DNA of 64,000 nt from Mobula hypostoma (taxonomy: Eukaryota), in assembly GCF_963921235.1 (NCBI RefSeq), contig NC_086108.1:55492001-55556000 (forward strand), in the 5' to 3' direction. Below the pieces are notes generated by a model. That model was not told the DNA's origin. It saw only the letters and a program-made list of their open reading frames with translations, and made no database searches. Shown here piece after piece: positions 1 through 13,830 of the stretch. How positions within the stretch are numbered: position 1 is the stretch's first letter; the number at the start of each line of letters is the position of its first letter. A program made the translations under genes and the position numbers.

Positions 1-1011
1 TTTAGAGATTGTAATTTTGTTCACATGCACGTTCATTCCTGACTACAACTCAATTGTGTCTCTGTTTCAATTGATACAGCGATAGCAACTGCTATTTTAA
101 ATTTGAGTTGTGCTTCAGTTTGGAGCTATTTTTGAATGCTTTATAAGAAAATTCCACAAACTAAACTATTTCTCAGTGTATCATTAAGCCTATCAATTGA
201 CAATGCTCAGACAATTGTTTTCAATTCAGCCTTGTACACGGAAATGGACTCCCCTTCCTTTTGATCCTGCTTATGGAACCTAGAGTATTCTGCAATCAAT
301 AATGGCTTTGGTTCTAAATGTTCCTGCATTATATTCACAACATCAGCAAAACCCATCTTAATTGCTTTGATTGGTGCAGAGAAACTTTGAAGCAAATATA
401 TGCTTTTCCACTAATAGTCAGCAATTGCATTCAGTAAAACTGGCACCCATTTCTCATTGGCTATTCCCTTTGCTTTAAAATACTGCTCAATTCGCTCAGT
501 TTACAATATCCAGTTATTTCTTATGCAATTGAACCCATCTATCTTTCCAATCTAGCCAGCCATTTCTGCTTTTTTCTTAAATTTATGGTTATTATCACCC
601 TGTATTCACTCTTTTTGAACCTGTGAATTTGCCCCTTTTCTTTTTTTAACTCAGTTGACTCTGTCCCTTCTTGAAGCACAAGCTGCATTTTTTTTATAAC
701 TTCGATGTCTTGTTGCACTTCACTCGTCAGTAGTTGTCTCAGGTTCATTTAAAACTTCCTCATCGCCAGTGTTATGTTTAGTAACCCCAAGACATAAAGC
801 TGATTGAAAGGAAAACACAGAACTGGGAGATGCATTTCTTTGTTTCATTTTTGCTTTAGCAAGGTGCACACGTATGGCATGGTGACATGATGACTTGTGC
901 CATTCATGTAATTTTACATAAAACCCATAATGAATTATATAAAAATGAAGAATGCCTAGTCAAACAATATATTTATAATATTATTCATATATTACTGAAA
1001 TATTAAATACA
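1..1011 (-). mobile_element. Gypsy LTR retrotransposon 5' end (family A): 5' LTR 770-1011, PBS, degraded gag; runs off the window start
   Basis: LTR resembles 40662-40882, 43701-43951 and 52018-52260. Minus strand reads ...aaacataaca-c-TGGCGATGAGG, close to a tRNA-Ser(GCT)-type PBS (758-768). ORF 207-395 (EHLEPKPLLIAEYSRFHKQDQKEGESI) is gag-like. Confidence 0.85.
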
Positions 1012-1332
1012 TGTCACCCATCAGTGGAAATAATATCCATTAATATTAATATTGTGAAATTAATTAGAACCTTGGGAATAGGTGCAGTATAAATTAGGAT
1101 ATTGTTTTTTGTCACTTGATTTACACTGAGATATTAATTACCATCTTGTATAGTAAACATGGTTAGCAAGTTTTGGTTACTAAGAATTAGATTTTTACGT
1201 AGCCTGCAAAACCTCAGAAATATAGTCACAGACCCATTTCCCATTCTACTGGCATCTATTTTAGGTGCATTTGATACATCTCTGAAATTAGGAACAAGTA
1301 TATTGTTTGTAAGGTCCTGAAGTGGGATTCAT

Positions 1333-1426
1333 CGTCCTGAATTAGGGTCTCAGCTTGAAATGTCAGCAGTTTATTCTTTTCTATAGATGCTGCCTGGTCT
1401 GCTAAATTCCTCCAGCATTTTGTGTG
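1333..1426 (+). mobile_element. Degenerate short Penelope-like 3'-end unit with decayed hammerhead
   Basis: gtcctgaattagggtctcagcttgaaatgtc...gatgctgcctggtctgctaaattcctccagcattttgtgtg matches the unit at 58899-58997. Confidence 0.7.
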
Positions 1427-2269
1427 GATATTTTTGTAGGTCTCTTGACAACTTGCTGTTTACATAACCCAATCATTAATGTCTCTTGCTAGTGCCTTTG
1501 TTGATAGAAGTTAGTTTGGATATTGGTTAGACTACCTTGAGCGGAACACCTGCAAAATATGTGAAAAAATATAATATGGTTCTCAGATATACAAACATGG
1601 AGTTATCTACGAATCATTTAAGTGGATGCAAGTCTAACCCAAAAACATTAATGTTTTAAAAACTTTGAAACAGCATCCACAAAGCTCCTCCCCTTAACTT
1701 TTATCTAAAACTGGCTAAACACTGTGATTTTAATTTACCTAATTATCATAATTGTAGTCTGACAGTGATAAAGCTCACCTAGATGTGCTCCGATCCTGAC
1801 TCAGCTAATGGCTGGTATATGTAACAGAATTGCAAATGAGAAAGGCCATTTTGTCATCTTGCATAAACACCCTACAGTCCACTGACTACTAAAACTATTT
1901 TTCTTGAATACTTCAGTTGTCCATGTCCATTTTACCTGGAAAAGGTATTTCAGGTGTTTGTCATTTTTTTTGGATAAAGAAATTCTTTCTGACACCCATC
2001 CTAAAGTTGCCAATACTTCTGTAAAACTGTTCATCTGGCACCCTGATACTGGACTAGTAGGTCTACTGAAATGTTGGATATTATTCCAATTAATATTCAC
2101 CTTTTAACACTAAGCACTCTTTTAATTCACTTTTTTTTACAAGATGTTATGCAGCAATATAACAAAATTTCCATTTAACCTGATGAATTTATCAGCACAG
2201 GAAATTCGGGCATGTTTAAAGGAAGTGGAGGGTGGAGGCTGAACTAATTGAGTTTGCAGTTTGGTTCAT

Positions 2270-2757
2270 TGGTGACACCGACGGTTGGGGGAGCTGAGTT
2301 GCTTTGGTTGTTGCGCAGACCGGGTCTTCATGCTACGACATTGGCTATGACAACCACATGGGACCAAGTGTGGGAGGCGGTGTGGGAGAAAACGCATGTG
2401 CGCTAGAATCAGTGCTAGATTGGAGGCTGGCCCCTGTAGGCCAGCTCTCCCAACTAGTCAGCTCTCCACTATTCGCTTCTTGGAAGACAAACTGGATTTG
2501 CCTTCATCTGAGGCTAACTATTTGCTGCTGCTTGCAGATTGGTGGCCCTAGGACAAAATCCCATTTACAAACAATCCTCAGACCGTGCCATTCTGGGGTC
2601 TGTGCTAATATTTTGTGACCGTATGTGCTATTATGACTATATGGTGCTGTGTGTGACTGTGTGCACTGTGTTTTGTACCTTGGTCCCGGAGGAACACTGT
2701 TTCATTTAGCTATATACACTTGTATGGTTGAATGGCAATTAAACTTGAACTTGAAGT
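2270..2757 (+). mobile_element. Non-autonomous Rex1-like LINE derivative (5' piece joined to 3' tail)
   Basis: Shares ttggaagacaaactggatt with ~62666 and the 3' tail ctgtttcattt...aattaaacttgaacttgaag with 62880-62940. The 5' boundary is approximate. Confidence 0.55.
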
Positions 2758-4159
2758 TTCAAGAGAGCCCTGGCAGTTAAAGAGCACATGGGAACTGGGG
2801 TCCTTGGTAGATTCCAGGGAATATAGGAATCAGCACCAAGAGAGTTGGGTGCCAAACTTTTGGGATTTTAGAGCAATCGGGCATGGATTATTGGGGTTTT
2901 ATGGTAGTCTGTGCCTGTGCCTTTCTTCTCCAATTTCCACAATTTAAAGGGACTTTTTAGATTTATATTTTTATATAATTTATAATCAGAGAGCTAACTG
3001 AAATGGATGAAACTTCCAATGTTTTTTTTCATCTCCTAGACCTGTCGCACAAAGGATCAGCCTTGTCTTCTCCTCCACATACCTTAAGTGAATTAAAATA
3101 GGCAACAAGAACTAGATCCAGTACTTAATGTGGCCAAAATAAGCTCCATCTCATTTGATCCATTGATTCCCTCTTCAGAGTAATTTATTGTTTACCTATT
3201 TTATATTTTCTACGGAACGGTTAACCACAAGTGAGATAAGACCAACGGTTGTATAACTTTATGCATTTTTTCTGTTGTTACAAATATAGTAAGTTTCTTT
3301 AAACTAGAAAATACATCAACTTTTGGCTGACTCTGAATTCATAATTCTAAATGACCCACTTCTGTGATGACTACATTTTATATCAAAGACTGATTACTCA
3401 AAAATTTCAGTAATTTAATCTTTGGAGTGTGGTGATGACCTGAAAAAAAAACCTGGCAGAGAAAATACCACTGAAACTAGGAAATAATTCTCACAAATTT
3501 TGAAAGAATATGCAATGAGCATATTTACTGAAACCTACTTGTGACTGAATGAGCTGCAATTTCTAACAATTGGAACCAATACTCCCATGATGCAATGTGT
3601 TGAAAAGGAACCTGGCTATTTCCATTAATGGTTCACGGTGTTATCCAGGCCCACATACCAATTGCGTAGAAGATTAACTTCCGAATTATGTCTCCACAGG
3701 ATTGACATTAAACTAAAAAATTCTTAATGCATGGTATTTACTTTAAAAATAGCTACTTTAATCAGAGGTAGTAGAAAGCTTTGCTATTTAGATAGAACTG
3801 CTGTGATATTTATTACATTATTATATCCTCCATGCAGTACTGCAAACACACATTCTGACATTTAATAAGATGTGGACTTTTCCCTGTGCAGGTAGATTTA
3901 ATTTCTAACAAAGATATCCTGTCAACCCAAGCATTTTCATTTGCTCCATAACAATATATCTAATATGTTTTAACTTTTGAGAGGCTATTTCATTTAATTG
4001 CATATTGATGGGAGACAGATCAGTGAAAATATTTTTATTATTCATGGTGTACATTGCCTGATATTAATACATGTTAACAGCTCCTGTACCAGCTCCACCT
4101 GTTATTAAAAGGAATTCTAGTCAGCCTCTTAATTATAAATTCCTGTGAACAGATATTTA

Positions 4160-5635
4160 CAGTGCCTTGGAAAAGTATTCGCCCCCCAGCAAATATTTTC
4201 ACATATTACTGTCTCACTTTCTAAATTTAAAATATTTTGAAATAGAATTTTTGAGCTAATCTACAAAACATCGTGCATGTCAGAACAAAAGAAAGATTCC
4301 AAAACCTGTCAACAAGTTACTAAAAATTAAAAACCAAAATTGTGAGGCTGGAAAAAGTATTTGTAATTGCTGTGCTAACTTTCTTCAGGTGCAATATACT
4401 GTACTCCCTTATCAACTCACCCAATTTGTTTATGTAGAAACCTGTTTTCAATGAATTTCTAAGAATAGATACCCCCCTCTCTGTAAGGTCCAACAATATG
4501 GTAGATTTTCAACGGAGCTGGTAAAATGAAGACAAGAACATTCAACACGGGTTAGGGAAATGACAGTAGAGAAGCATAAATCTGGGGAAGGGTACAAGAC
4601 CATCTCAAAGGCATTGAACATTCCTAAGAGCTCAGTGCAGTCCATCATGAAACCATAGCCACACTGCCTAGGTCAGGCCGCCCCTCTAAACTTTAGTCAT
4701 CGGAGAAGAAAGGCACTTGTAAAAGAGGCTGCTGTGATGCCAACAGTCAGTCTGAGGAGGCTGCAGAAGTCAGTGGCTGTAACTGGAGATGAAGTTCATG
4801 GGTCTGCAATCTTAAAGGTCTTGCACAAAAAGGACTTTTATGCAATAGTGGCAAGGAAGAAGCACTTGATAGTAAAAAAAAAACACCTCTTTGCCTGTAA
4901 AGTCTTTTCAAAGCATCACTTACATGACACTGTAGAGATGTGGAAGAAGGTCTTGTGGCTGGATGAGTCTAAAGTGGAACTTTTTGGCCTCGACACTAAG
5001 TGGTATGTGTGGCATAAATCTAATACTGTGCATCAGCCAGGTTACATAATCCCTACTGTAAAGTACGGTGAACGTAGCTTCATGCTATGGGGGTGCTTTT
5101 CAGCAGCAGGGACTGGAAAACTGGTCAGGACTGATGGGAAGATGAATGTTGTTAAATACAGAGAGATCCTGGATAAAAACCTGCTTGCCCTTGCCAGAAA
5201 TCTTAAACTGTGGAGGAAGTTGGTCTTTCAGAAGGATAGCGACCCAAAGTGCACTGCCAAAATAAAAATGGAGTGGCCTCAAATGGAGAAAATTGATGTC
5301 CGTGAGTGGCCCAGTCAGAGTCCTGACCTTAAGAGTCCACTGCTGTTTCCCAACTAACTTGGCACAGCTGAAGCACTTTTCCAAGGAGGAATGGGAAGAC
5401 CTTGCTTCTTCATGTTGTGCAAAGATAATAGAGACTTACCCAGAAAGACAACAGCTGCAATAGCTGCAAAGGGGTGGTTCATTTAATACTTCTGAACCGC
5501 TGACATTTCAGCTTTTGAACTTTTACTTTTTCATGCTTTACAATTTTTCCTGTTTTTTTTTGGTGGGGGGCTCTACAGTGGGGAGAAAAAGCAGCTTGTG
5601 ATCCAGAGATAGGAATTCTCAGTTAAATTGATTAA
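4160..5635 (+). mobile_element. Tc1-like DNA transposon, decayed; right end interrupted by a CR1
   Basis: TA followed by CAGTGCCTTGGAAAAGTATTC left TIR at 4158-4180, inner repeat gaaaaagtatt near 4351, transposase remnant inside. Confidence 0.88.
4526..5483 (+). pseudogene. Tc1 transposase pseudogene
   Basis: N-terminal EKHKSGEGYKTISKALNIPKSSVQSI; core VLWLDESKVELFG, PTVKYG..SFMLWGCFS, FQKDSDPK, WPSQSPDL. The expected NPIE with the third catalytic residue is deleted; frameshifts present. Confidence 0.88.
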
Positions 5636-6680
5636 TATATGCTAGCATGGGTAGACAATTGGCTGTCTGCTAGAAGGCAAAGAGTGGGAATAAAGGAGGC
5701 TTTTTCTGGTTAGCTGCCAGTGACCAGTAGTGTTCCATGGAAGTTGGTATTGCGACAGCTTCTTTTCACGTATGTTAATAATCTGGATGACAGAATTGAT
5801 AGCTTTGTGGACAGCTTTACAGATGATACAAAGATAGGTGGAGGGGCAGGTAGTGTTAAGGAAGCAGGGAGTCTGCAGAAGGACGTGGACAGATTAGGAG
5901 AATGGGCAAAGAACTGGCGTATGGAATAGTGTTCAGAGAAGTGTATAGTCAGCTACTTGAGTAGAATGGATAAAGATGTAGACTGTTTTCTAAACGGAGT
6001 AAATTCAGAAACTGGAGTGCAAAGAGACTGTGACATCCCAGTGCCATAGGTTAATTTGAAAGTTGAGTCAGTAGTAAGGATGACAAATGTTAGCATTCTT
6101 TTCTAGAGGACTACAATATAAAAGCAAGGATATAATGCTGAGACTTTGTGAGGCATTGGCAGACCACATTTTGAGTATTGTGAGTAGTTTTGGGCCCCAT
6201 ATCTAAGAAGGGTTGTGCTGGGGCTGGAGAGGGTCCTGAGGAGGTTTACAAAAATAACCCTGGTAATGAAAAGGGTTAATGTGCAAGGACTTTGGCCTTG
6301 GGCATGTACTTGCTGGAGTTCAGATGAATGAGGGGTGATCTCATTCTAATGTACCAAATATGAAAGGCCTGGATAGACTGGACAATTGAAAACAGTCTCT
6401 TAATAGAAGGATATCTCTTTAGAACAGAGATGAGGAGGAATTTCTTCAGCCAGATGGTGATGAACTTGTGAAATTCATTGCCATAGATGACTGTGAAGGC
6501 CAAGTGTATTTAAAGTGGAGGTTGATCAATTCTTGATTAGTCAGGGCATCAAAGGTTACGGGGAGAAGGCAAGCGAAAGGGCTTCAGAGGGAAATTAAAT
6601 CAGCGATAAAAGAATGGTGGAGCAGACTTATTGAGCCAAATTGTGCTGAACGGCCTAGTTCTGTTCCTATGCCATGTGGT
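5636..6680 (+). mobile_element. CR1 LINE, 5'-truncated and decayed (RT C-terminus and 3' UTR)
   Basis: LLFTYVNNLDD...FTDDTKIGG...LQKDVDRLGEWAKNWRME; RPHFEYC-like segment; CR1-type 3' end. Confidence 0.9.
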
Positions 6681-6789
6681 TTGATAAATGTCCCTGTGAC
6701 AGTCCTGACTGGTCTTTCTTTTTCTGTAACCATTTAGTACTGAGTACTCAACTACCATGTAAGATAAAACTTGCAGGACAGCCCTCAAG

Positions 6790-6988
6790 TGTTGCCATGC
6801 TTCCGGTGCCAAGATAACAGGCCCATAACTCACTAACTTTAACTGTACTTCTTTGGAATACCAGAGCACTCAGAGGAAACCCACGCGGTCTCAGGGAGAA
6901 CGTACAATGTCCTTACAGACAGTGGCAGGAATTGAACCCTGATCTTGCAGCTGACTGCTGTGAAGCATTGCATGTTCCCATGCCACCC
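6790..6988 (-). mobile_element. tRNA-derived V-SINE (HE1-like)
   Basis: Minus strand has B box gggttcaattcc and V-domain gtgggtttcctctgagtgctctgg. Confidence 0.7.
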
Positions 6989-7074
6989 ATATATATCACT
7001 ATATAGGGATAAAATTGGGAAGCTTTCTAGAGTATGTGATTTGATATGGTGGTCAAACTTAACATTTTAGGGTT

Positions 7075-7932
7075 TGTTACGTACCCCGTAACTGGGTTGC
7101 CAAACCAGCAGAAATGGATCACTCAGTTGGAGTCTGGAGTACTAGAACTAAGAAAGTTTTATTAAAGAAACAAGCAACACAGTAATCGAAAGGATAATAA
7201 ATGCAACAATTCAACAATGATAACCACACATGTGCACAGAATTAAGATAACAGCATCAATCAAGCTCTATCGTTGTCTAGGGGTTAAATGACCAATTTCA
7301 AAATGACTCAAAGTTCAGTCCAGTTTGTAGTTCAGTTCGCAGTAATCGTTGCCATGGCGATGGACAAGGTGGGGGGAGAGAGACAGAATAGGAACAACTG
7401 ATCATTCAGAACGGCTTCACTCACAGACCAGCGGGATGGCTCACAAACAGCTTTTGGGCAGGTCCTTGGTGATGTCACCTGAGGTCACCGACTGTGACCC
7501 CTCCTCCAGATGCGGTCGATCCTCTGCAGTGAACCCGGCACCCAGGCAAGGGCGGACACACACCGGGTTCCCGCTGATCGTACCTTTCCACCCTTGTCGT
7601 TGTCTGGGACTTCTCACCCACTCGTGAGAAGCGCACCGCTTCCAGGGTCTCGTTACCTCGGGTGGCGTGTGTGTCTGTCTTAGCGAACCTGTCCCTTTTT
7701 ATCCCCCTGCTGGGGTATCGCCTGTCCATCACTTCAAACAGTTCAGGGTTCAAAGGGGGGAGCCGCTCCAGACAGCTCTTCCTCCCACATCCCTTCATTA
7801 CACATCTCCAGACGCTGCTCCATTGTTCCTTATCTCTCCTTCCCCTGAGGGCAGGTGGCAGACCAACTGCTGATGCCACTGATGCTAGCCCAGGCCAGCA
7901 AACATCTTAATTTTATGTGTATTCTCGTAACA
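7075..7932 (-). mobile_element. Solo LTR, 858 bp
   Basis: TGTTACG...CGTAACA termini; 4-bp TSD GGTT (7071-7074 and 7933-7936); minus-strand ATAAAAA at 7696-7702 and AATAAA at 7158-7163; CpG-rich. Confidence 0.88.
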
Positions 7933-8189
7933 GGTTATATGATTTCATTGTTTAAAATTTCATCTTGAATTTCAGCTGAAATTCCAACTGACCCTTAATT
8001 TCCTCTTATTTTGATTTTTGAGTATATCATACATTGGCTATCTATTTATTTTATCCTTTCTTCAATATTCCAAGTAATGGTCTGACTTTATTGTGAATAC
8101 GCCAAACTTATTTTGTTGGGGGATATCCATTAGGAATCAAAGAAGTTAAAGTGCACTATTGCAAGAATGCCGATTTTGAATTTTAACAA

Positions 8190-8720
8190 CAGCCATTCTT
8201 GTTATAGCAAGAACAAGATTTGATTAAAAGGACGGTGGATTGTTAATGTTTATCACTGGATCTGGAGTTTAAAAGGTGAAAATGGAGAGATCTGGTTAAA
8301 TCTTAACTGGCGTGCTAGTTCAGTTCTACTCGGCATATCTTTGGAAGGATATAAAGTATTATTCTTGGACTAGCATGATATAGATTCAGTGAGGTAATAT
8401 GGATCAACACACATCAAAGTTGCTGGTGAACGCAGCAGGCCAGGCAGCATCTCTAGGAAGAGGTGCAGTTGACGTTTCAGGCCGAGACCCTTCGTCAGGA
8501 CTAATATGGATATTGCATTTGCTTGTTTTAGATATTACATAGTTAACTCCTTTATCTCTGGTGGGTGGGGGGAGGAAGGAGATAAGATTTCTCGTCTGGT
8601 GGAGGTCCAGTACAAGGAGCTATTACTTTAAAAAAAACTAAGGGTGAAGATGATGACAGTAATCATTGTTTATGCTCATGTTGAAACGGAGCATTGATAT
8701 TTTCACCTTGGATTGATTCT
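8190..8720 (+). mobile_element. Old, highly diverged CR1 3' fragment
   Basis: Degenerate matches to the CR1 C-terminal coding segment (ctggttaaatc...gttcagttctactcggcatatctttggaaggatata). Confidence 0.5.
8405..8501 (-). mobile_element. 97-bp Penelope-like (Neptune) 3'-end unit with hammerhead
   Basis: 10-bp TSD TAATATGGAT (8395-8404 and 8502-8511); minus strand gtc-CTGACGA-agggtctcggcct-GAAAC-GTC. Confidence 0.92.
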
Positions 8721-10749
8721 TAATGGAAAGAGCAAAAACTTCCCCACAAAATTGGAAATCTGAAATCTACTTCTTAAAGATTTTCTGGCCAAGTCAACTG
8801 AAAACTTAAAATTAAAATTGAAAACATTAAACTTGAGAATGGCCAAATGCATTAAGACTTTAATATTACATGCTGGTGTTAATTGAAAACTTAAAACTGA
8901 AAATGGTTGATTGATATTAAGTATTGGGGGTAAGTATAGTTAAAATACAGGTTAGCCTAATCTAATTGGATAGTGAAACTGCAGAAGGGTACAGAATACT
9001 TTATTTCTTTCCCTGATGAGATTGCCTTGGTTTGAAACCACTGCAAACTCTTCTCTTATTCTAAGTTCAACTGAGATAACTTTTATAGATTTGGTTTTAA
9101 ACAGATTCATTTCTGGTGTGCATACACTATTTTGCTGTTACTTGCATTCATCTTATTTTAATTGTTTCATCTTCATCTATTTCAAATTTCTGAGCAATAA
9201 TTGCTTTTTGTCAAATCTATACAGAATTAGAAAATCGTATAGTAATTATGTGCATCAGCACAGTGTTATGATTGATTTCTTGCAACTACTTTGTATGAAT
9301 CTGTATCAATGTGAATTTGAATTAGATTACCACCTTTAACTAAACAGATAATATTCAAAAAAAGGTAGGTATTTCATGTTAGCCTTCTTGATAAACAAAA
9401 GATTAGTACATATAACCTTCAACTTGTGGTCTCGTAAAATGATGCCCTACAATCAGGGTTGAAATGGCTGTGAAATATTTTTATGCATGGTGTGTCTGCT
9501 CTAATCAGGAGGTCAGATGCTAGACTGAAATCAGCCTAGAGCTTCATTCATATTAATTAGATGATCTTCCAACACATGCTGCTTATATACGGAGAGCCTC
9601 CAATTAAAACAATTAACAATTGTCTGTTTGCCTTGCAATGTCACACAGTGCAAAGGTGCAGGAGAAGTCTGGGGAGGGTATGAGAGGAGCAAGGGGTGAG
9701 GGGAAATCTTACTAATTGTAGACCCATAGAAAAACAGAAAATAAACTTGCCTTCCAGCTGCTCTTTAAATAAAATTTTAGGAAAATCTTAACAGAATTAG
9801 AAAATCTGATACCTGCGTGGTCCAAGATTGCTGATTTTCCTGAGGTACAAGAACAACTGTTAGGTTTCAATAATATAAAATGAGAGTTTAAGTGGTCATT
9901 TAATATACATAAGCCTAAAAATAAAGATTAATTTCTTCCCCTCAAAGATTTAATTTATTTTGGAGCTTGGTGAATTTACTGAAATAGGACTACAACACAT
10001 GACAAATCATGTGATTACAAACTCTGAAATATTTTGATGTGTTAAAGTGCAATCTAAACATATGCATAGTTTATTGTAATACTTATGTAGATTTTTCCAT
10101 TAGATTTGCAAAAGGAGTGTTCAGGAAAAATGGAAGGCATTTCCTGGCTTGCGAAAGAATCTTCATGGGACTTAAAACATAAACTTTGCTCTTTAAGATG
10201 GGTTGCAAAGTTTGTCACAGGTTGTTTGGTTTCTCTAGGTATTGAATTATTACTATTATGGCAGCAGAAGTTTGATTTGTGACAGGAGTTTCTCTAGCTG
10301 CCATGATGATGGTGTTATCAATGCTGCCGGGAGTGAGCAGGTCTGACATTAGTTGGTTTGTAATGTTGAACTGATACCAGCACTGCCAAATTGCGATTCC
10401 ATGCTCCAGATAATGTTTTCTGTTAGTGTTTCCGCCAAAGCAATTTGATAAGAATGCAGTGCTTTCTAAAATTATATAAAGTTACTAAAATTAACCAGGG
10501 AGCTGTTTGCTGGGTGCTAAAGACCATTTTACTAGCTTAACAAATTTTGGAGAAACTAGACTTGGGTGTACTATTCCCCATGATGGGTGCATTAGCAATA
10601 TTCATACAATATAGAGATAGACCTTTTGGTGAACTGAGTCAGGACTGACTATCCAACACTAATACTCTCATCAATTCACCAAAATCCCGCCATTCATCTA
10701 CATGTAGCAGCAATTTACAGTGGGAGCAGCTTAGCTACATGTGATGCAC

Positions 10750-11265
10750 CCAAAAGGAAACTGCACCGCTGTATACATGTGCATGGTTGAATGATAATTA
10801 AACTTGAACTTGGAAGTAACTGTTTGAGTCTAGTGCTTCTGGAGTGGATGCTGCATAGCTACTTCTCTGATGGGAATGGGACAAATAGTCCATGAGCATG
10901 GTGAGTGGGATCCTTCATGATATTGCTGATCTTTTTATGGCATCTTTAGGTGTATGACAGGGAGGCTAGTCCCAGTGATGCATTGGGCAGTTTTAACTAT
11001 CTGTTGTAGTCCCTCCATTCCAGTGCAGTGCAGTTCCATATCACACAGTGATGCAGCATGTTGGGATTCTCTCCACTGCATCTCTGTAGAAGGTCGTGAG
11101 TACCTTTAGAGTCTGGACCATAGATCAGCTCTCTTCAGACCTCTTTGGGAAGTAGAACCATTGGTGGGTGAGCTTTCTGAACTGTAGAAGATATGTTCTG
11201 GGACCATAAGAGGTCGGGCGAGATGTGCATTCCCAGGAGTTTGAAGCTGCTCGCAGTTTCCATTA
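10750..11265 (-). mobile_element. Rex1-like LINE 3' fragment, preceded by a plus-strand (ttgaac)n tail at 10750-10813
   Basis: Similar to the C-terminal parts of the Rex1 copies at 12070-12500 and 58260-58490. Confidence 0.6.
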
Positions 11266-11559
11266 GTGTATCTTATTTTCCTTATGTAACAGAATAATAG
11301 TCTTCTTAAAGTTGCTGTGAACCACACTAAGAACCTAATACCTTCCCAACAGCATGAAAGAACCTGCCAGCAGGAATATTGAACTTGTTCTTATGCAACC
11401 TGTCCTCCTCAACATGCCCTACCTACCCTGGAAACATTTCTAGTGATCTAAAAATTAAAATCCTCACTCCTGTATTTCCCTTTAGATATGTTTTCGTCTA
11501 TATCAGAGCCAAGCTTTTGTCACTAATATATTTATGCAATTTGTTGTTTTCCGGCAGCG

Positions 11560-11800
11560 GTACAGAGCGGGCAGAGCAAATTGCTATATGTTACAATAAA
11601 AATAAATAAGTAGTGAGATAGTGTCTATTGGTTGTTCAGAAATCTGATGGCAGAAAGGAGAATGTTGTCCCTAAAACATAGAGTGGATCTTTAGGCTCTT
11701 GTTCCTCCACCCTGATGGTAGTAATGAAAGAGGGCGTGTCGTAGATGGTGAGGTTCCTTAATGATAGATGCCGACTTCTTGAAACACCATTAGTGATGGA
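11560..11800 (-). mobile_element. Rex1-like LINE 3' fragment
   Basis: aatctgatggcagaaaggagaa...cctgatggtagtaatgaaagagggc resembles 58275-58375. Confidence 0.65.
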
Positions 11801-12069
11801 GAGGCTTCATAAATAATCCATTGATTACAACCTTAGAAGTCCTGATAACTCCATAAATTCATAGGGGAGGATCTCATCCTTTTTTTTGCTAACCCATGTT
11901 ATTGATTCTAACGTGTATTCTGACCACTGGCTTTTCAGCTTCTTACTTCAGAATGTCCTGTGGATGCTCTGAGACATCACTAATGCTGGCACCAAGGAGG
12001 CAGCATGCTGTTCAACTGATCATATTTAGTCATGGTGTTCTAAAATCATCCTGAATCACAGCCATAAAA

Positions 12070-13830
12070 AGTGTGATGCGTCTGCTTTCTAAGTGAAATA
12101 TGCATATTCAGACTCCTCTAACTTCTCCTTGATGTTAGTAATGAGAAGAGGGCATGTCTTGGATGGTGATGGTCCTTCATTATGGGTACTGCCTTTTAAA
12201 TATGTACTAAATAGTGGGGAGGGTTGTGCCATAATGGGGTTGGTTGAGTTTACAAGGCTCTGCAGGTTTTTCCGATCCCATGTATTGGTGCCGCCTCTAT
12301 GCCGGACAATAATGCAACCAGAATACTCTCCACAGTACATCTGTAGGATTTTCCTAGTCTTTGGTGACATGCCAAGTCTCCTCAGTCCCCAGATGAAATA
12401 CAGCTATTGGTGTGCCTACTTCATAATTGCATCAATATATCGACCCAGGATAGATCATCAGAGATGTTGACATCCAGGAATTTAAAGCTGCTCATCCTTT
12501 CTAATGCTGACCCCTCAGTGAGAACTGCTGTGTATTCTCATGACTTCTACATCCTGAAGTCCACATTCAATTCCTTGCCTCACTGATATTGAACAAAAGG
12601 TTGTTTTCGTGACGCTATTCAACCAGCCAATTTACCTCACTCCTGTGTGCCTTCTGGTCACCATATGAGATTCTGTCAACAACAGCTGTGTCATTGGCAA
12701 ATTTATAGATGGCATTTGAGCAATTCCTAGCCACACTGTCCTGAGTGTAGAGAGAACAGCTCAGTGCTCTGATCACATTGTTGAGGTGTGCCTGTATTGA
12801 TTGTCAGCAAGGAGGAGATGTTACTTCCTATCTACACTCACTGTGGTCTCCCAATGAGGAAGTCAAGGATCCAGTTGTAGATGGAGGTAAGATGCCCAGA
12901 TTTGAAGTTTATTGATTAGAACAGAGGAGATAATGATTTTGAATGCTGAGCTGTATTCAATAAGCACCACCCTAATGTAATTATTACTGTTGTTCAAATG
13001 GTTTAAGGCCAGGTGGAAAGTCAATAAGATTGTATCCACTGTATGTCCTTTGTGGTGGTTGGCAAATTGCAGCAGGTCCAAGTCCTTGGTCAGAAGGGAA
13101 TTAATTCTAGTCACGAACATAGTCTCAAAGCACTTCATCATAGTAGATGTGTGTGTCACTGGGTGATTTTCGTTGAAGCAGCTCACCCTGCTTTTCTTGG
13201 CTGTTGGTATGATTGGTACCCTCCTGAAGCAGGTGGGAAACTCTGACTGCAGCAGTGAAGTGAGAGATTGAAGGTGTTCTTGAATAGTCCAGCCCGCTGG
13301 ATGGCATGGATTTTTCAGTGCCCTGTCTGGTACACGATTGAGATATGAGGATTCACCTTCTTGAAAGATGTTCTGATGTTGGCCTCTGAGACGGATATCA
13401 CAGGGTTGTCAGGTACTGCAGTGATTCGCGCAGGTGTAATTTTAATCTTGTAGGAAGTAATGGCCTGCAAACCCTGCCATAGCTGATGTGCATCCGATTT
13501 AGTCTCTCACTTCACTCAGAATTGCTTTATCGCTCATAAGATAGACTTCTGTAGATCATACCTGGACTTCTTTTAAGTTCCGGATCTCTGCTCTTGAGGG
13601 TCACAGATCTAGCCTTCAGCAGATTGCGAATCTCCTGGTTCGTCCACAGTTTCTGCATTGGGTATGTCTAGTACATTCTCAAAGGTATGCACTAATTCAC
13701 ACAGGTTTTGATAAAGTTGGTGACAACTTTGGCATATCCATTCAGATCTGAAGATGAATCTCTGAATATGGTCCAGTGTATGATTCAAAGCAGTCCTGCA
13801 AGCACTTCTCTGCCTCCTTTAATGATTACT
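12070..13830 (-). mobile_element. Rex1/Babar-type non-LTR retrotransposon, decayed RT region
   Basis: SCFNENHPVTHTSTMMKCFE...DLDLLQFA...YIRVVLIEYSSAF (12863-13186); YKFANDT at ~12690-12710; parallels 58023-61160. Confidence 0.88.

Noticed and set aside
7349..7910. Four overlapping ORFs
   Set aside because: Inside a GC-rich solo LTR with no recognisable domain.
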